Shown here: positions 19,462 through 29,136 of the stretch, one piece after another
Numbering within the stretch: position 1 is the stretch's first letter
Layout of the letters: the number at the start of each line of letters is the position of its first letter
Source: an uncultured Bacilli bacterium
GTDB taxonomy: Bacteria > Bacillota_I > Bacilli_A > RF39 > UBA660
Length of the DNA: 64,000 bases
Direction of reading: 5' to 3'
Assembly (NCBI GenBank): GCA_947585665.1
Contig: CANPXE010000002.1
Location: 1,820-65,819 of the forward strand
Notes under the pieces: generated by a model
The model's input: only the letters and a program-made list of their open reading frames with translations
Told to the model about the DNA's origin: nothing
The model's database searches: none
Program-made: the position numbers and the translations under genes

Positions 19462-20978
19462 TATTTTTCCTCCATCTCTTCTCTTAATTTTTTACGATCT
19501 ATTTTACCATTTTTAGTAATTGGGAAATTATCCAATTGAATTAATTTAGTTGGAATCATAAATACTGGTAAAACTTCTTTTAACTTAGCATGTAAATCTT
19601 TCTTAGGAATAGAACCAATATAGAAACCATATAGTTTAGACTTTTCTTCATCAAATAGACAACAACTTCGAACAACCTCAGGAATGTCCATAATCGCTTT
19701 TTCAATTTCTTCTAGTTCAATACGATGTCCTAAATATTTAATTTGGAAATCTTTACGACCATTGAAAACGACATCATCATCTTCATTGTAGTAACCCAAA
19801 TCCCCAGTGCGATAAATTAATTCTAGATAATCTTTATTATTAGGATTTTGAACAAAATGAGCATCGGTTTGTTCCTTGTTATTAAAGTATCCTAACCCTA
19901 AAGCTGTTCCTGAAACACATATTTCTCCAACTGTATTTCGATTAGTGACAACTTTATTTTCATCATCTAAAAGGAATACTCTTTCATTAGGGAATGGTTT
20001 ACCAGCTGGAATCTTATCTTCATATTTCTTCTTATTATCAATTATATAATAAAGACAATTACAAGTAATTTCCGTTGGCCCATAGACATTTATAAAAGTC
20101 GTATTAGGTAATTTTTCCATCCACATATTTAAATGTTTCAATGGCATTACTTCACCACTGAATAAAACCTTTTTAACAGTTGTTGGTACTTTGTAATCCA
20201 AACCATGGAAAGTCGTAATTAGACATAGTGCTGAAACAGCCCAAGTCAAAGTCGTAACTTTATTATCACAAATATAATCTAAAAGAATAGCGGGATTAGA
20301 AAAGTAACGTTTAGGAATGATGACAAGGGTTGCCCCAACACGCATAGCTGAAAAGATATCTTTAACTGAGACATCAAAGTCAAACGGTGCTTGGTTACCA
20401 ATGATATCATCTTCATTAAAATTGAATAATTCTGTAAAAACATCAATAAAATCAATTACTGAACGATGTGAAATGACGACACCCTTTGGTACGCCCGTTG
20501 ATCCTGATGTGAAATTGACATACAAAGGATCACAATCAACATGTCTTTCATAACAAGAAGCAAGAACTTTTTCATCAATTTTCTTTTTCTTTAAATCTTC
20601 TATTTTATTAATCTCTAAATCACTGAAATACTTACTAGCCATTTCATAATGTTCTGAATCAGTAATAACTATTTTAGCATTAAGAGTATCTCTAATTTGT
20701 ATAACTCTTGCTTCAGGTAATTCTGGATTTATTAGACTATAAAAACACCCTGCATAAATCGTTCCAAAAAACGAAATGAGAGTGTCTATTCCTTTATCCA
20801 TAAAAATAATTACTGGTTCATTAAAAATACGAGAACCAATATATGATCCAACTATTTTACTATATTTATTAAAGTCACCATAAGTTATCTTTTTATCTTC
20901 TTCAATAACTGCGATTTTTTCCTTATATAATTCGCTTGATTTTTTTAAATAATCGATTACATTATACATAATTCCCAC
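19461..20978 (-). CDS. DltA-like carrier-protein ligase (ANL adenylating enzyme)
   Basis: 505 aa; AMP-binding motif NFTSGSTGVPKGV, YRTGD and GRKDFQIK motifs; DltA size; first gene of the operon. Confidence 0.8.
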   Translation of the reverse strand: MGIMYNVIDYLKKSSELYKEKIAVIEEDKKITYGDFNKYSKIVGSYIGSRIFNEPVIIFMDKGIDTLISFFGTIYAGCFYSLINPELPEARVIQIRDTLNAKIVITDSEHYEMASKYFSDLEINKIEDLKKKKIDEKVLASCYERHVDCDPLYVNFTSGSTGVPKGVVISHRSVIDFIDVFTELFNFNEDDIIGNQAPFDFDVSVKDIFSAMRVGATLVIIPKRYFSNPAILLDYICDNKVTTLTWAVSALCLITTFHGLDYKVPTTVKKVLFSGEVMPLKHLNMWMEKLPNTTFINVYGPTEITCNCLYYIIDNKKKYEDKIPAGKPFPNERVFLLDDENKVVTNRNTVGEICVSGTALGLGYFNNKEQTDAHFVQNPNNKDYLELIYRTGDLGYYNEDDDVVFNGRKDFQIKYLGHRIELEEIEKAIMDIPEVVRSCCLFDEEKSKLYGFYIGSIPKKDLHAKLKEVLPVFMIPTKLIQLDNFPITKNGKIDRKKLREEMEEK

Positions 20979-21119
20979 CCATTACTAAATATTTACTAAA
21001 ATAAACTTCTACGTATAATTATAATACTTTTAAAAATGTTAGACAATATTTTAACAACATTTTTTAAACATTAAAAGAATTAAAAAAAGAGCATTAAATA
21101 TAACCATTAATACTCACAC

Positions 21120-22001
21120 TTAAAACTCTTCTCTAACAGCCAAAATTAATTTTTTTATTTTTTTAATATACTTATCATTATCAATATTCATTAAGTAAAA
21201 ATGACAATAAGCATTTAATAAACACCATTTAAAATTATTCCAATCAAAAGTACCAATTTCTAAATAACCTTTAATAAATATCTTTATATCATCTATATTA
21301 TCCATAAAATGTTGTGTTGGTCTTAAGACACAAGCCCAAGCAATATCTTGTTCTTTAAATCCTTTACCACTATATTCCCAGTCTAAAATACCTGATACTT
21401 CCCCATCTTTCCACAAAATATTAGCATAATGGAAATCACCATGAATAAATGTATCATTATCAAACTTTGGTTTATTTTCCTCCAAGTATTTAATGATTGA
21501 AGTAATGAAATCATCAATATCATCATAATTATCTTGAGAAGGAATATCATTAATAATTCTTTTTTTAGCTACATCGAAACCCTTAGTTGAAATAGTGTGA
21601 AGACGTGCAAGACTTGATCCATATTTTAATAAATAATCTTTTTTAGAAATATTTTTATTGGATTGTAAAAGATCAGATAACCTATCACCATCAAGACTTT
21701 CTAACACAATATAGCTTTTATTATCAATAACGCCTGTTTCATATATTTGAGGAATCAAAGAACAATAATTAAAACGATTAAGCATTCCTAAATGTTCTAC
21801 TTCTATATTAAAATTAGCCATTTTACTTCTTTCAATTTTAATAAAAGCCTTTATCAATTGATTATTATAAATGCAATGACATTCAACGACATCATTACCA
21901 GCAGGTGGATAACTAATTATTTCTTTTAACTCGATTTTCTTAAAATCAATAGAAAATGGATCAATAGCTAAATCTCGCCACTTTTCATATATTTTACTCA
22001 T
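21120..22001 (-). CDS. Aminoglycoside/choline-kinase-like phosphotransferase (APH family)
   Basis: 293 aa; Brenner/catalytic HGDFHYANILW and DWEYSG motifs. Confidence 0.65.
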   Translation of the reverse strand: MSKIYEKWRDLAIDPFSIDFKKIELKEIISYPPAGNDVVECHCIYNNQLIKAFIKIERSKMANFNIEVEHLGMLNRFNYCSLIPQIYETGVIDNKSYIVLESLDGDRLSDLLQSNKNISKKDYLLKYGSSLARLHTISTKGFDVAKKRIINDIPSQDNYDDIDDFITSIIKYLEENKPKFDNDTFIHGDFHYANILWKDGEVSGILDWEYSGKGFKEQDIAWACVLRPTQHFMDNIDDIKIFIKGYLEIGTFDWNNFKWCLLNAYCHFYLMNIDNDKYIKKIKKLILAVREEF

Positions 22002-22099
22002 ATTTCATCTCCTACTTAATTTTTATTAAAACAATTAATTCTCGTTTAGTCAATCTATATAAAGATTTCCCGTATGTAACTCTCATAAAAGCATTTCAA

Positions 22100-22128
22100 T
22101 TGACAAAAACATTAAAGATGATTATAAT
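22100..22128 (+). promoter_or_regulatory. Consensus sigma-A promoter (TTGACA-17-TATAAT)
   Basis: Perfect -35 and -10 hexamers with a 17-nt spacer, about 20-35 nt upstream of the candidate starts of the sortase-like gene. Confidence 0.55.
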
Positions 22129-22145
22129 ATACAGCCATAAACTGA

Positions 22146-23120
22146 ATGGGGTTGAAGTTGATGAAAAAAGTTACTAAAAAAGCAAATAAAGATGCTTTAA
22201 TAGAAATGACTATGGTAATTTCTGTTTTCTTATTTTTTACAATAGTATTATTGGTTCATGATTATTATGATGTAAAAGTGAATGGAATAAATTATGCAAG
22301 TCCTAAACAATCTTTTAAAGAAGAAGAAATAATACCAGAATTTAAATTAGATTTTGAATTACAAAATGTTACTATTAAGGAAGAAGAAAAATATGAAATA
22401 CAAGACTTTCTTCCCAATGCTAAAGATGAATCTTTAGATGATATAAATTATTACTATTATGAAAAAGAAATGAGTAATTATAAAGAAAAAGGTAATTATG
22501 ATATCATCATCATATTTGAAGATGTTAATAAAAAAACTATTGAGAAGAAATCGACACTAACTATTGAAAAAAAAGAACCTATTAAAACTACTAAAGCTAG
22601 TGATAAAAAGACAAGTAGTACTACTAAAAAAATAAATGTTAAACAAGTTAATACTAAAAAACCAACACAAAAAGAAATAGAAAATAAAATATTAACAAGT
22701 AATAAAAAATTAGGTGATTCTGGTCGCTTATATTTTTCATCATTATATTCAATTGCTTTATATAGTCCTGATACAAGTGAAGAAGCTCAAGAATTCGTTG
22801 ATAATCAAGATAGTGGTGCTTACTACCCACACGGAAGTATAATGATAATTGCCGATCATGCTCATCAAGGATTTTCCATAATAAAATCCCGAAAAGTTGG
22901 TAGTTATGTTTATATAAAAAAAGTTGATGAAAACAATCAAAAAATATTAGAAAAATATATTATTAGAGAAAAAACAAATGGTACTAATACAGGTGCCTAT
23001 TTAATAACTAACGATGGAAGAAAACTAGCAACCGATGTCAATTATGATTTAGCATTATATACTTGTAATAGTGCTGATGGGAAAAATATAACTATATTAT
23101 TATTAGATAAAGTAAAATAA
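22146..23120 (+). CDS. Sortase-like protein (divergent; membrane-anchored, Lys-rich linker)
   Basis: N-terminal TM, C-terminal IIADHAHQGF (sortase His block) and LALYTC (TLxTC catalytic Cys motif). No conserved Arg follows the Cys. The true start may be the ATG at 22161. Confidence 0.4.
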   Translation: MGLKLMKKVTKKANKDALIEMTMVISVFLFFTIVLLVHDYYDVKVNGINYASPKQSFKEEEIIPEFKLDFELQNVTIKEEEKYEIQDFLPNAKDESLDDINYYYYEKEMSNYKEKGNYDIIIIFEDVNKKTIEKKSTLTIEKKEPIKTTKASDKKTSSTTKKINVKQVNTKKPTQKEIENKILTSNKKLGDSGRLYFSSLYSIALYSPDTSEEAQEFVDNQDSGAYYPHGSIMIIADHAHQGFSIIKSRKVGSYVYIKKVDENNQKILEKYIIREKTNGTNTGAYLITNDGRKLATDVNYDLALYTCNSADGKNITILLLDKVK

Positions 23121-23143
23121 AAGAAAAAGAAGTAACGAAATTG

Positions 23144-24043
23144 TTACTTCTTATTTTGTTTAGCCATCATTTTTTTAGCCATAGAAATTATAAATGGATT
23201 AGTTGCGGATACACTAGAAATGTCTTTTTTAACACCAACTTTTTTCATAGCCAAATCAGCATAATCAACAACAAAGTCTAACCCAGAAACAAAAGATGCC
23301 ATTTTAGAGTTTAAGAAAACCATACAATAAGCCATTTCTTGCGAAGAAGCTAAACGGTTAGCAAGACCTGCACTAGCAACAAGTGCATCATGTCCACCAG
23401 CCATCTTTTCAAATTCATCTTTCATTCCTGTATCTGTTGACCCTGGCATAACATTATTTACTCTAATTCCCCTTTTACCAAATTCAGATGCCGCTTTAGC
23501 ACTAAAATAAGATAAGCATCTCTTTGAATACATATAAGCAAAAGTACTAGGACTCTTTTTAGCAAGTTTAGCAATCTTTTCTTGAACATCTTCCCATGAA
23601 GTAGCATAAACCATTTTCTTTTCTTCTTTCATAAACTTTTCCCAGTTTAATCCAGCAGCAGATGTTACATAAAGAATTGATCCTCCTTCTTCAATACGCG
23701 TATTCAAATAATTATTAGTTATGTAAAAATTGGCAGTGAAATTACAATTAAATGTCGTTAAATAATCTGTTTTTGAACCAGATAAACCAGCATTTCCAAA
23801 GAAAGAATAAAACTTATCAGGAATCTCTTTAAAAGCTTCATCAATTGCTTCTTTTTTAGATAAATCACATTTAATAAATTTTTCAATTCCTGAAACTGGA
23901 CACTCATTCATATCAATCGCATAAACTTTAGCACCCAATTCAACCAATAACTTAGTTGCTTCAAGTCCCATACCACTAGATGCTCCTGTTATAACACAAA
24001 CTTTACCTTCATAACCAAAATAATCTTTCATATTTACCTCCAA
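23144..24043 (-). CDS. Short-chain dehydrogenase/reductase family protein
   Basis: VCVITGASSGMGLE TGxxxGxG motif near the N-terminus. Confidence 0.65.
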   Translation of the reverse strand: MEVNMKDYFGYEGKVCVITGASSGMGLEATKLLVELGAKVYAIDMNECPVSGIEKFIKCDLSKKEAIDEAFKEIPDKFYSFFGNAGLSGSKTDYLTTFNCNFTANFYITNNYLNTRIEEGGSILYVTSAAGLNWEKFMKEEKKMVYATSWEDVQEKIAKLAKKSPSTFAYMYSKRCLSYFSAKAASEFGKRGIRVNNVMPGSTDTGMKDEFEKMAGGHDALVASAGLANRLASSQEMAYCMVFLNSKMASFVSGLDFVVDYADLAMKKVGVKKDISSVSATNPFIISMAKKMMAKQNKK

Positions 24044-24092
24044 TTATATCTATATTTTTTATATCATATAAAAGAAAATTTCTCAATATTTT

Positions 24093-25379
24093 TTAATTAT
24101 CTGTTCTATTAGTCATTATGTAGTCAGCTCCATAACCAGCATGTTGTTTTCTTAAACCATCACTATCAAGTGAATATACACACACTTTAAAACCATTATT
24201 TTTAATATTTTTAACAGTGCTTGATGAAGATACAGTAAGAATCATATTAACACTAACAACACCAGCACTCTTAAAGGAACTCATATTGCTAACAAACTTA
24301 CTATAGCCAGAACTATTAGTAATCAAGTACCAATATTTAACACCTGATGCTCTTCTATTTATTTGGTTCATTGTTCCAATATCTGACGTTTGAACAATGA
24401 CTATATCTTTTAAATTATTATTACTAATATAATCACCTAATGTATTAAGCATTGATGAATAATTGTAACTCCATCCACTAGAAGCATATTTAATATCAAG
24501 AATGGCTTTCATTTTATACTTTTTACATATATTCAAATAATCAACAAATTTAGTAGCACTTCCAGGTCCCACATCATGAGCACAATATAGAGTTGAACCA
24601 TTCATACGTAAATCACATTCAGCACCATAGAACTTAGCTTGTCCTGCTGATTCATATAAAGCAATAGTATTATCTTTAAGAGGTGGTTGTCCTGAATGCA
24701 AAATACTTAATGCATTATAGAACTTATGATAGTAACTTAGATCATATTCAGTAGATGTTATCTCTTCTCTTATTTTATTTAATTCGTCCATTCTCTTTTT
24801 TCTTTCATCTTTATCAATGATTTTTCTTATATATTTTTCAGCTTCTATAACTGCTGGCATAGTCTTCTTTTCTTTAGCAATTGCTAAATATTTATCAGCA
24901 TCCTTAATCAATTGCTCTTCTATTTTTTCAATTTCATCTAACATAATTTGTTTTTCAGTTTCATCAGTTATCTTATCAATAGCTTGTTTAGCTTCATTTA
25001 TTGAAGCACCATCTTTATTTTTTTTAGCTACTTCTAAATATTCTTCAGCTATTTCTACTATTCTCATTTCAATATAATCGTTATTCGCATTAACTAAACA
25101 TTCTCCATATCCTATTTCAACATCTGAATTAGCTAAAAGTGAATTAAATAAACTAACTAATAAAGGTACAAAAAAGACACATACACAAGCAATCATTCTT
25201 TTAACTGCCATCGAAATATTTCTTTTCATATCTTTATCGTTAGTAGCAACAACTGTTTTAAGTATATCAACACCTAAAATAACTATTAGTATGATTGGAA
25301 CAACTATAAATATTATTTTTAAAACTTCAGATACAAACATTATTGTTCTTAATACATCGGGATTTTGACAAGCTTCCAT
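24093..25379 (-). CDS. Membrane-anchored glycerophosphodiester phosphodiesterase (GDPD) family protein with coiled-coil linker
   Basis: Two N-terminal TM helices, an E/K-rich coiled coil, and a C-terminal GDPD-like core (YGAECDLRMNGSTLYCAHD ... IMTNRTD). Confidence 0.5.
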   Translation of the reverse strand: MEACQNPDVLRTIMFVSEVLKIIFIVVPIILIVILGVDILKTVVATNDKDMKRNISMAVKRMIACVCVFFVPLLVSLFNSLLANSDVEIGYGECLVNANNDYIEMRIVEIAEEYLEVAKKNKDGASINEAKQAIDKITDETEKQIMLDEIEKIEEQLIKDADKYLAIAKEKKTMPAVIEAEKYIRKIIDKDERKKRMDELNKIREEITSTEYDLSYYHKFYNALSILHSGQPPLKDNTIALYESAGQAKFYGAECDLRMNGSTLYCAHDVGPGSATKFVDYLNICKKYKMKAILDIKYASSGWSYNYSSMLNTLGDYISNNNLKDIVIVQTSDIGTMNQINRRASGVKYWYLITNSSGYSKFVSNMSSFKSAGVVSVNMILTVSSSSTVKNIKNNGFKVCVYSLDSDGLRKQHAGYGADYIMTNRTDN

Positions 25380-25484
25380 ACTTCATACACCTCTATATAC
25401 AATACATATAAGTATATAATTTTTTCTAAAATAAGCATATCAAACTAAAATAACAATATCAATACTAATTTTTAAACAAAATCT

Positions 25485-25512
25485 TGATTTTTTAATTAAT
25501 ATAATTATAATA
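25485..25512 (+). promoter_or_regulatory. Sigma-A type promoter (TTGATT-16-TATAAT)
   Basis: Sits upstream of an AAGAGGTG RBS and the ATG at 25533. Confidence 0.4.
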
Positions 25513-25532
25513 GTTGGGTAAGAGGTGAATAT

Positions 25533-25973
25533 ATGGAAAATATTTTATATTATGAGCTTGCAACTGAATATGGACCACTATATATCTATGAACGATATAA
25601 GAATGATCCAAAACAATCAAGAGAAGTACCTGAAACAAGAGAATTCTTCACACAAGAAGAAGCAAGAGTTGGATACGGAACGCTATCATTTTTAATGAAT
25701 AGTAACTTTAAAACTGTTAGAAGAAATTATGAAGGAATTGTAAAAGAAGAATATATGACTGAACTATCTCCATATGAGTTCTTAGATAGAGTTGGTGGAT
25801 ATGTTGGAACAGACGAAGAAATAAACGAAAAAAGAAAAGAAGTTTATAGAATTTTTGAAATGAAAGCACACAAAGTTGGAAATGATCAAATAATTACTGC
25901 ACCAAAAAGATTATCACAAGAACAAAAAGATTATATTGCTTCTAAAGTACTAACTAAATACCTTGCAAAATAA
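25533..25973 (+). CDS. Hypothetical protein (146 aa)
   Basis: Strong RBS and a downstream terminator; no family recognised. Confidence 0.35.
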   Translation: MENILYYELATEYGPLYIYERYKNDPKQSREVPETREFFTQEEARVGYGTLSFLMNSNFKTVRRNYEGIVKEEYMTELSPYEFLDRVGGYVGTDEEINEKRKEVYRIFEMKAHKVGNDQIITAPKRLSQEQKDYIASKVLTKYLAK

Positions 25974-26005
25974 CAAAGATATTAAAAATTAAAACTAAAA
26001 TATAA

Positions 26006-26045
26006 AAGCTACGTTTTTAATTACAGAAACGTAGCTTTTATTATA
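26006..26045 (+). terminator. Rho-independent terminator
   Basis: aaagctacgttt...aaacgtagcttt hairpin followed by a T-rich tract. Confidence 0.55.
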
Positions 26046-26082
26046 AATAAATTTATAATAGAAAAATATAAACCAAATTACT

Positions 26083-26498
26083 CTATTTATTTAGTAATAA
26101 AATAGTTTTAGAATCCATTTCTCCATTATAGAATTTATCTATTACTTCTTTAAAGATAGTTATACTTGAATCAGTATAATAAAATAATGTCATACAAGAT
26201 TTTATTTTTAAATCATCTGGATGACCTAATACTTCTATTGGATCATTAGTATTTAAATTTAATAATGCTTGCGATATTTGAATTAAATTGTTTTTCAAAT
26301 ATTCGTTAGCCAAATATGATTTAACTTCTTTTAAATCTTCAATACCATAATATTCCGTCATAGCACTCGAATCCAATCCTTTAAGTTGTGGAAATATATA
26401 CCAAGACCAATGAGTAAGTTTTTTACCATTTTTAATTTCCTTAAGAGCTATATCATAATCTTTTTTTGAGCTATTATAAATCTATCTAAATTATTCAT
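26083..26498 (-). pseudogene. DUF1810-family protein gene, frameshifted in a T7/A7 homopolymer
   Basis: The ORF-track 97-aa product continues upstream in another frame as MNNLDRFIIAQKK/DYDIALKEIKNGKKLTHWSWYIFPQLKGL, matching the conserved DUF1810 core (RSHWMWFIFPQLxGLG). The frame breaks at the 7-nt run at 26461..26467. Confidence 0.5.
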
Positions 26499-26673
26499 AT
26501 CATATATTTCCTTTCATATTCAATAAATCAATAACATAATTTAACTTTTTAGTCATCTTTAAATATATGAAATTTTAAAGAAAAAACAACTACATTTTTT
26601 GAAATTAAGATGGATTAATTCCATTGACATATTTATTGTATTTACCATCTAATAATAGTAAAAATCAAAATAA

Positions 26674-28422
26674 TTAAAAATAAATAGATATGGGATAAGA
26701 GTTTAGGATTTCTCTTGTGCTTTTATCTAATCGCTTTAAAATAATATCTTTTTCTTTTTTATTATCAATAAGAGCATTACAGCACAATTTTATTTCATCT
26801 TCATTAGATTGATCTCTTATCTTTATTAGTTCTTCATTCTCTTTATCGGTGAGCATATTTTTTCTTTTTAATATTTGACAATAATTAATATAATAAATAT
26901 TTTTATTTTCAATATCATTTTTTAATAATAATGAAACTAGATATTCAGCATAATTTAATAATTGTATATTATTAGAAATATCATATGCTTTTAATATATC
27001 TAAAACTTGAAAATTCATTAATAAACATTCATCCAATGTTAAATTATTGGGAAAAGAAAGTTTCATTTCATTATAATCTATGTCATCTGATAGATATGCT
27101 TCTGTATTTAAGATTAAAAATATATTCTTGGTTTTTATTTCTTTTTCTCCGTTTGAAATTATAAAACTATAGTAATCAGATTTACCACTTTTCCAAATTG
27201 ATTCCACTTTAAATAATCCATTATCTAATTTTTTTGCAATAATAGATATTTTTAATTCATTTATAGTTTTTGAACCTAGTAAACTCATATTGCTTTCAAT
27301 ACTAATTTCCTTTTTATTTTCAATTGCACTTAACCAATTAAAAAGTTCATCTATTTCTTTATTACTCCACAAATCTAGATTTAAATCCTTTGTTATTCCA
27401 TGTTTATTTAACATGTTTCTTAAATCTATACATATTTTTTCTAGCTCAATAAAATGATGATTTTCTTTAACATCGTTATTCAATTTAAATATATCTTCAC
27501 CAATAAGAAATTTTTGTTCTTTAATAACTAAATTGATGAATTTTAGTCTTTTAATTCTTTCATTTAATGTACCACAAATTTTAATATTAAATTGACGATG
27601 TGTTGTATCAATTGTAAAAGAATTGCCAAATACATAAGTCGTTCTATCTGCACTTTTAACATATAATAAATCATCAAATGTTATTGTTTTGTCTATAGTT
27701 GAAACAGTCACATCTAACTTCTTGCTCATATTATATATCATTCCATACTTAACCCCAATTGGATCACCATTTTCATTAACGTCATAAAAATATTGGAAAG
27801 TACCAACTAAATTTTCAGGTTTGAATAAAGAGAAATCTTTTTCCCAAATACTGAATTTTGATACTATATTAGAATCTGTTTTTTCATAATCTTTGATAAA
27901 AGCATTCTTATTCATTCTTTTTTGAACTTCTTTGTTAATTTGAAAATTACGGCATATAGTTTCTAATTGGTCAGAGTCTTTTAGTTCCTTCATTTTTTGT
28001 CTAATTGATTTTACACTAGATTCTTTTATGCTATTCAATTCTCTGATGATATTATATGGTAAAAATTCGACATAATATATTTTATAAGTAGATAAATCTT
28101 TCTTAAATAGTACAAGTAAAAACAATGTTCCATCTTTTTTTAAAAAGTTTTTAATATCTATAACAGAGAAATCAAATGTATATTTATCACTTAATTTTTT
28201 ATTATATGTAGTTCTTCCCTTAACTTGTACGTCGATAGAAAATTCGTAATTTTCCTTCTTGTCAATATTTCCTTTATAAAAATCTATAGTTCCATCCCAA
28301 GAAATAGACTTATCATTTTTGGATATATGACTATCAGCACAACTTATTTGACCTATTAAATTATTAATTTTGTCAATAGCACATTGTTCAACTTTTTTGC
28401 TCCCTATTTTATTCATTTTCAT
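26674..28422 (-). CDS. Hypothetical 582-aa protein with N-terminal DUF4365-like (PD-(D/E)xK nuclease fold) domain
   Basis: N-terminal ISWDGTIDF ... SIDVQVKGRT ... DGTLFLLVLF resembles the D..GID / vQvK core of DUF4365; large C-terminal domain of unknown function. Confidence 0.35.
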   Translation of the reverse strand: MKMNKIGSKKVEQCAIDKINNLIGQISCADSHISKNDKSISWDGTIDFYKGNIDKKENYEFSIDVQVKGRTTYNKKLSDKYTFDFSVIDIKNFLKKDGTLFLLVLFKKDLSTYKIYYVEFLPYNIIRELNSIKESSVKSIRQKMKELKDSDQLETICRNFQINKEVQKRMNKNAFIKDYEKTDSNIVSKFSIWEKDFSLFKPENLVGTFQYFYDVNENGDPIGVKYGMIYNMSKKLDVTVSTIDKTITFDDLLYVKSADRTTYVFGNSFTIDTTHRQFNIKICGTLNERIKRLKFINLVIKEQKFLIGEDIFKLNNDVKENHHFIELEKICIDLRNMLNKHGITKDLNLDLWSNKEIDELFNWLSAIENKKEISIESNMSLLGSKTINELKISIIAKKLDNGLFKVESIWKSGKSDYYSFIISNGEKEIKTKNIFLILNTEAYLSDDIDYNEMKLSFPNNLTLDECLLMNFQVLDILKAYDISNNIQLLNYAEYLVSLLLKNDIENKNIYYINYCQILKRKNMLTDKENEELIKIRDQSNEDEIKLCCNALIDNKKEKDIILKRLDKSTREILNSYPISIYF

Positions 28423-28782
28423 ACCTCCTTTTCATTATTTTTTTTAAATAAATAATAAATATAAAAAAGATATCATAATTTTAATGATATCTCAGCTATT
28501 TTAATTATAACATAATAATTAATTTTCATCATCTATTATTTTCTCTAGTTCAACACCAATCTTTTTAATTACCCTATAACTAAAGGATTTTCCATCATGA
28601 AATATTTTCTTTTATTAGACATAACTGTATTAATCAAATCATCTAGGAACCTATTTGTTATTTCACATTATACTGTTATAAAAAACCTTGGCTTTTTTGT
28701 TTTAAAATCCTCAATAGCATATGTTGTTCCACCAACTCTACTTTCGCTAGTAAGCATTGTTCTAGTTGGCGCATCTAAATTA

Positions 28783-29040
28783 TCAGGAAATGACATAACT
28801 TCCTTCTAAGTAAAAGTATGGTTCGCTATTTGCCTTAACTCTATTGATTTTTTTATTCCCCCTTAAGAGTGCAAATTTCTCTATTTTTTCTTTACTTAAG
28901 AAATATTTTTTATCTACTGATTCTTCTTCACGAATATTTCTTAGTGGATAAACTAAATCATAATCTACTTTTACTTTAACTATATAAATACCTCTATTTT
29001 TCATAATTACTGTATTATAAAAACTCCATTGCCTTTTCAA
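28783..29040 (-). CDS. Hypothetical ORF, probable gene remnant
   Basis: 85-aa ORF. Adjacent frames continue the coding-like sequence (FPDNLDAPTRTMLTSESRVGGTTYAIEDF), suggesting a degraded larger gene. Confidence 0.2.
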   Translation of the reverse strand: MKRQWSFYNTVIMKNRGIYIVKVKVDYDLVYPLRNIREEESVDKKYFLSKEKIEKFALLRGNKKINRVKANSEPYFYLEGSYVIS

Positions 29041-29136
29041 ACCAACGGAATTTTCTTCTTAAATTTAGATTTCTACCTTTATTCATCTATGTTCATCGAA
29101 CTTCTTCATAAAAAGAGTTCGAGTATATTACTTAAT

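Noticed and set aside
22146-23120. Calling the 324-aa protein a canonical class B sortase
   Set aside because: His and TLxTC-like Cys motifs are present, but no Arg follows the catalytic Cys, and a 200-aa Lys-rich linker is atypical. It is kept only as sortase-like with low confidence.
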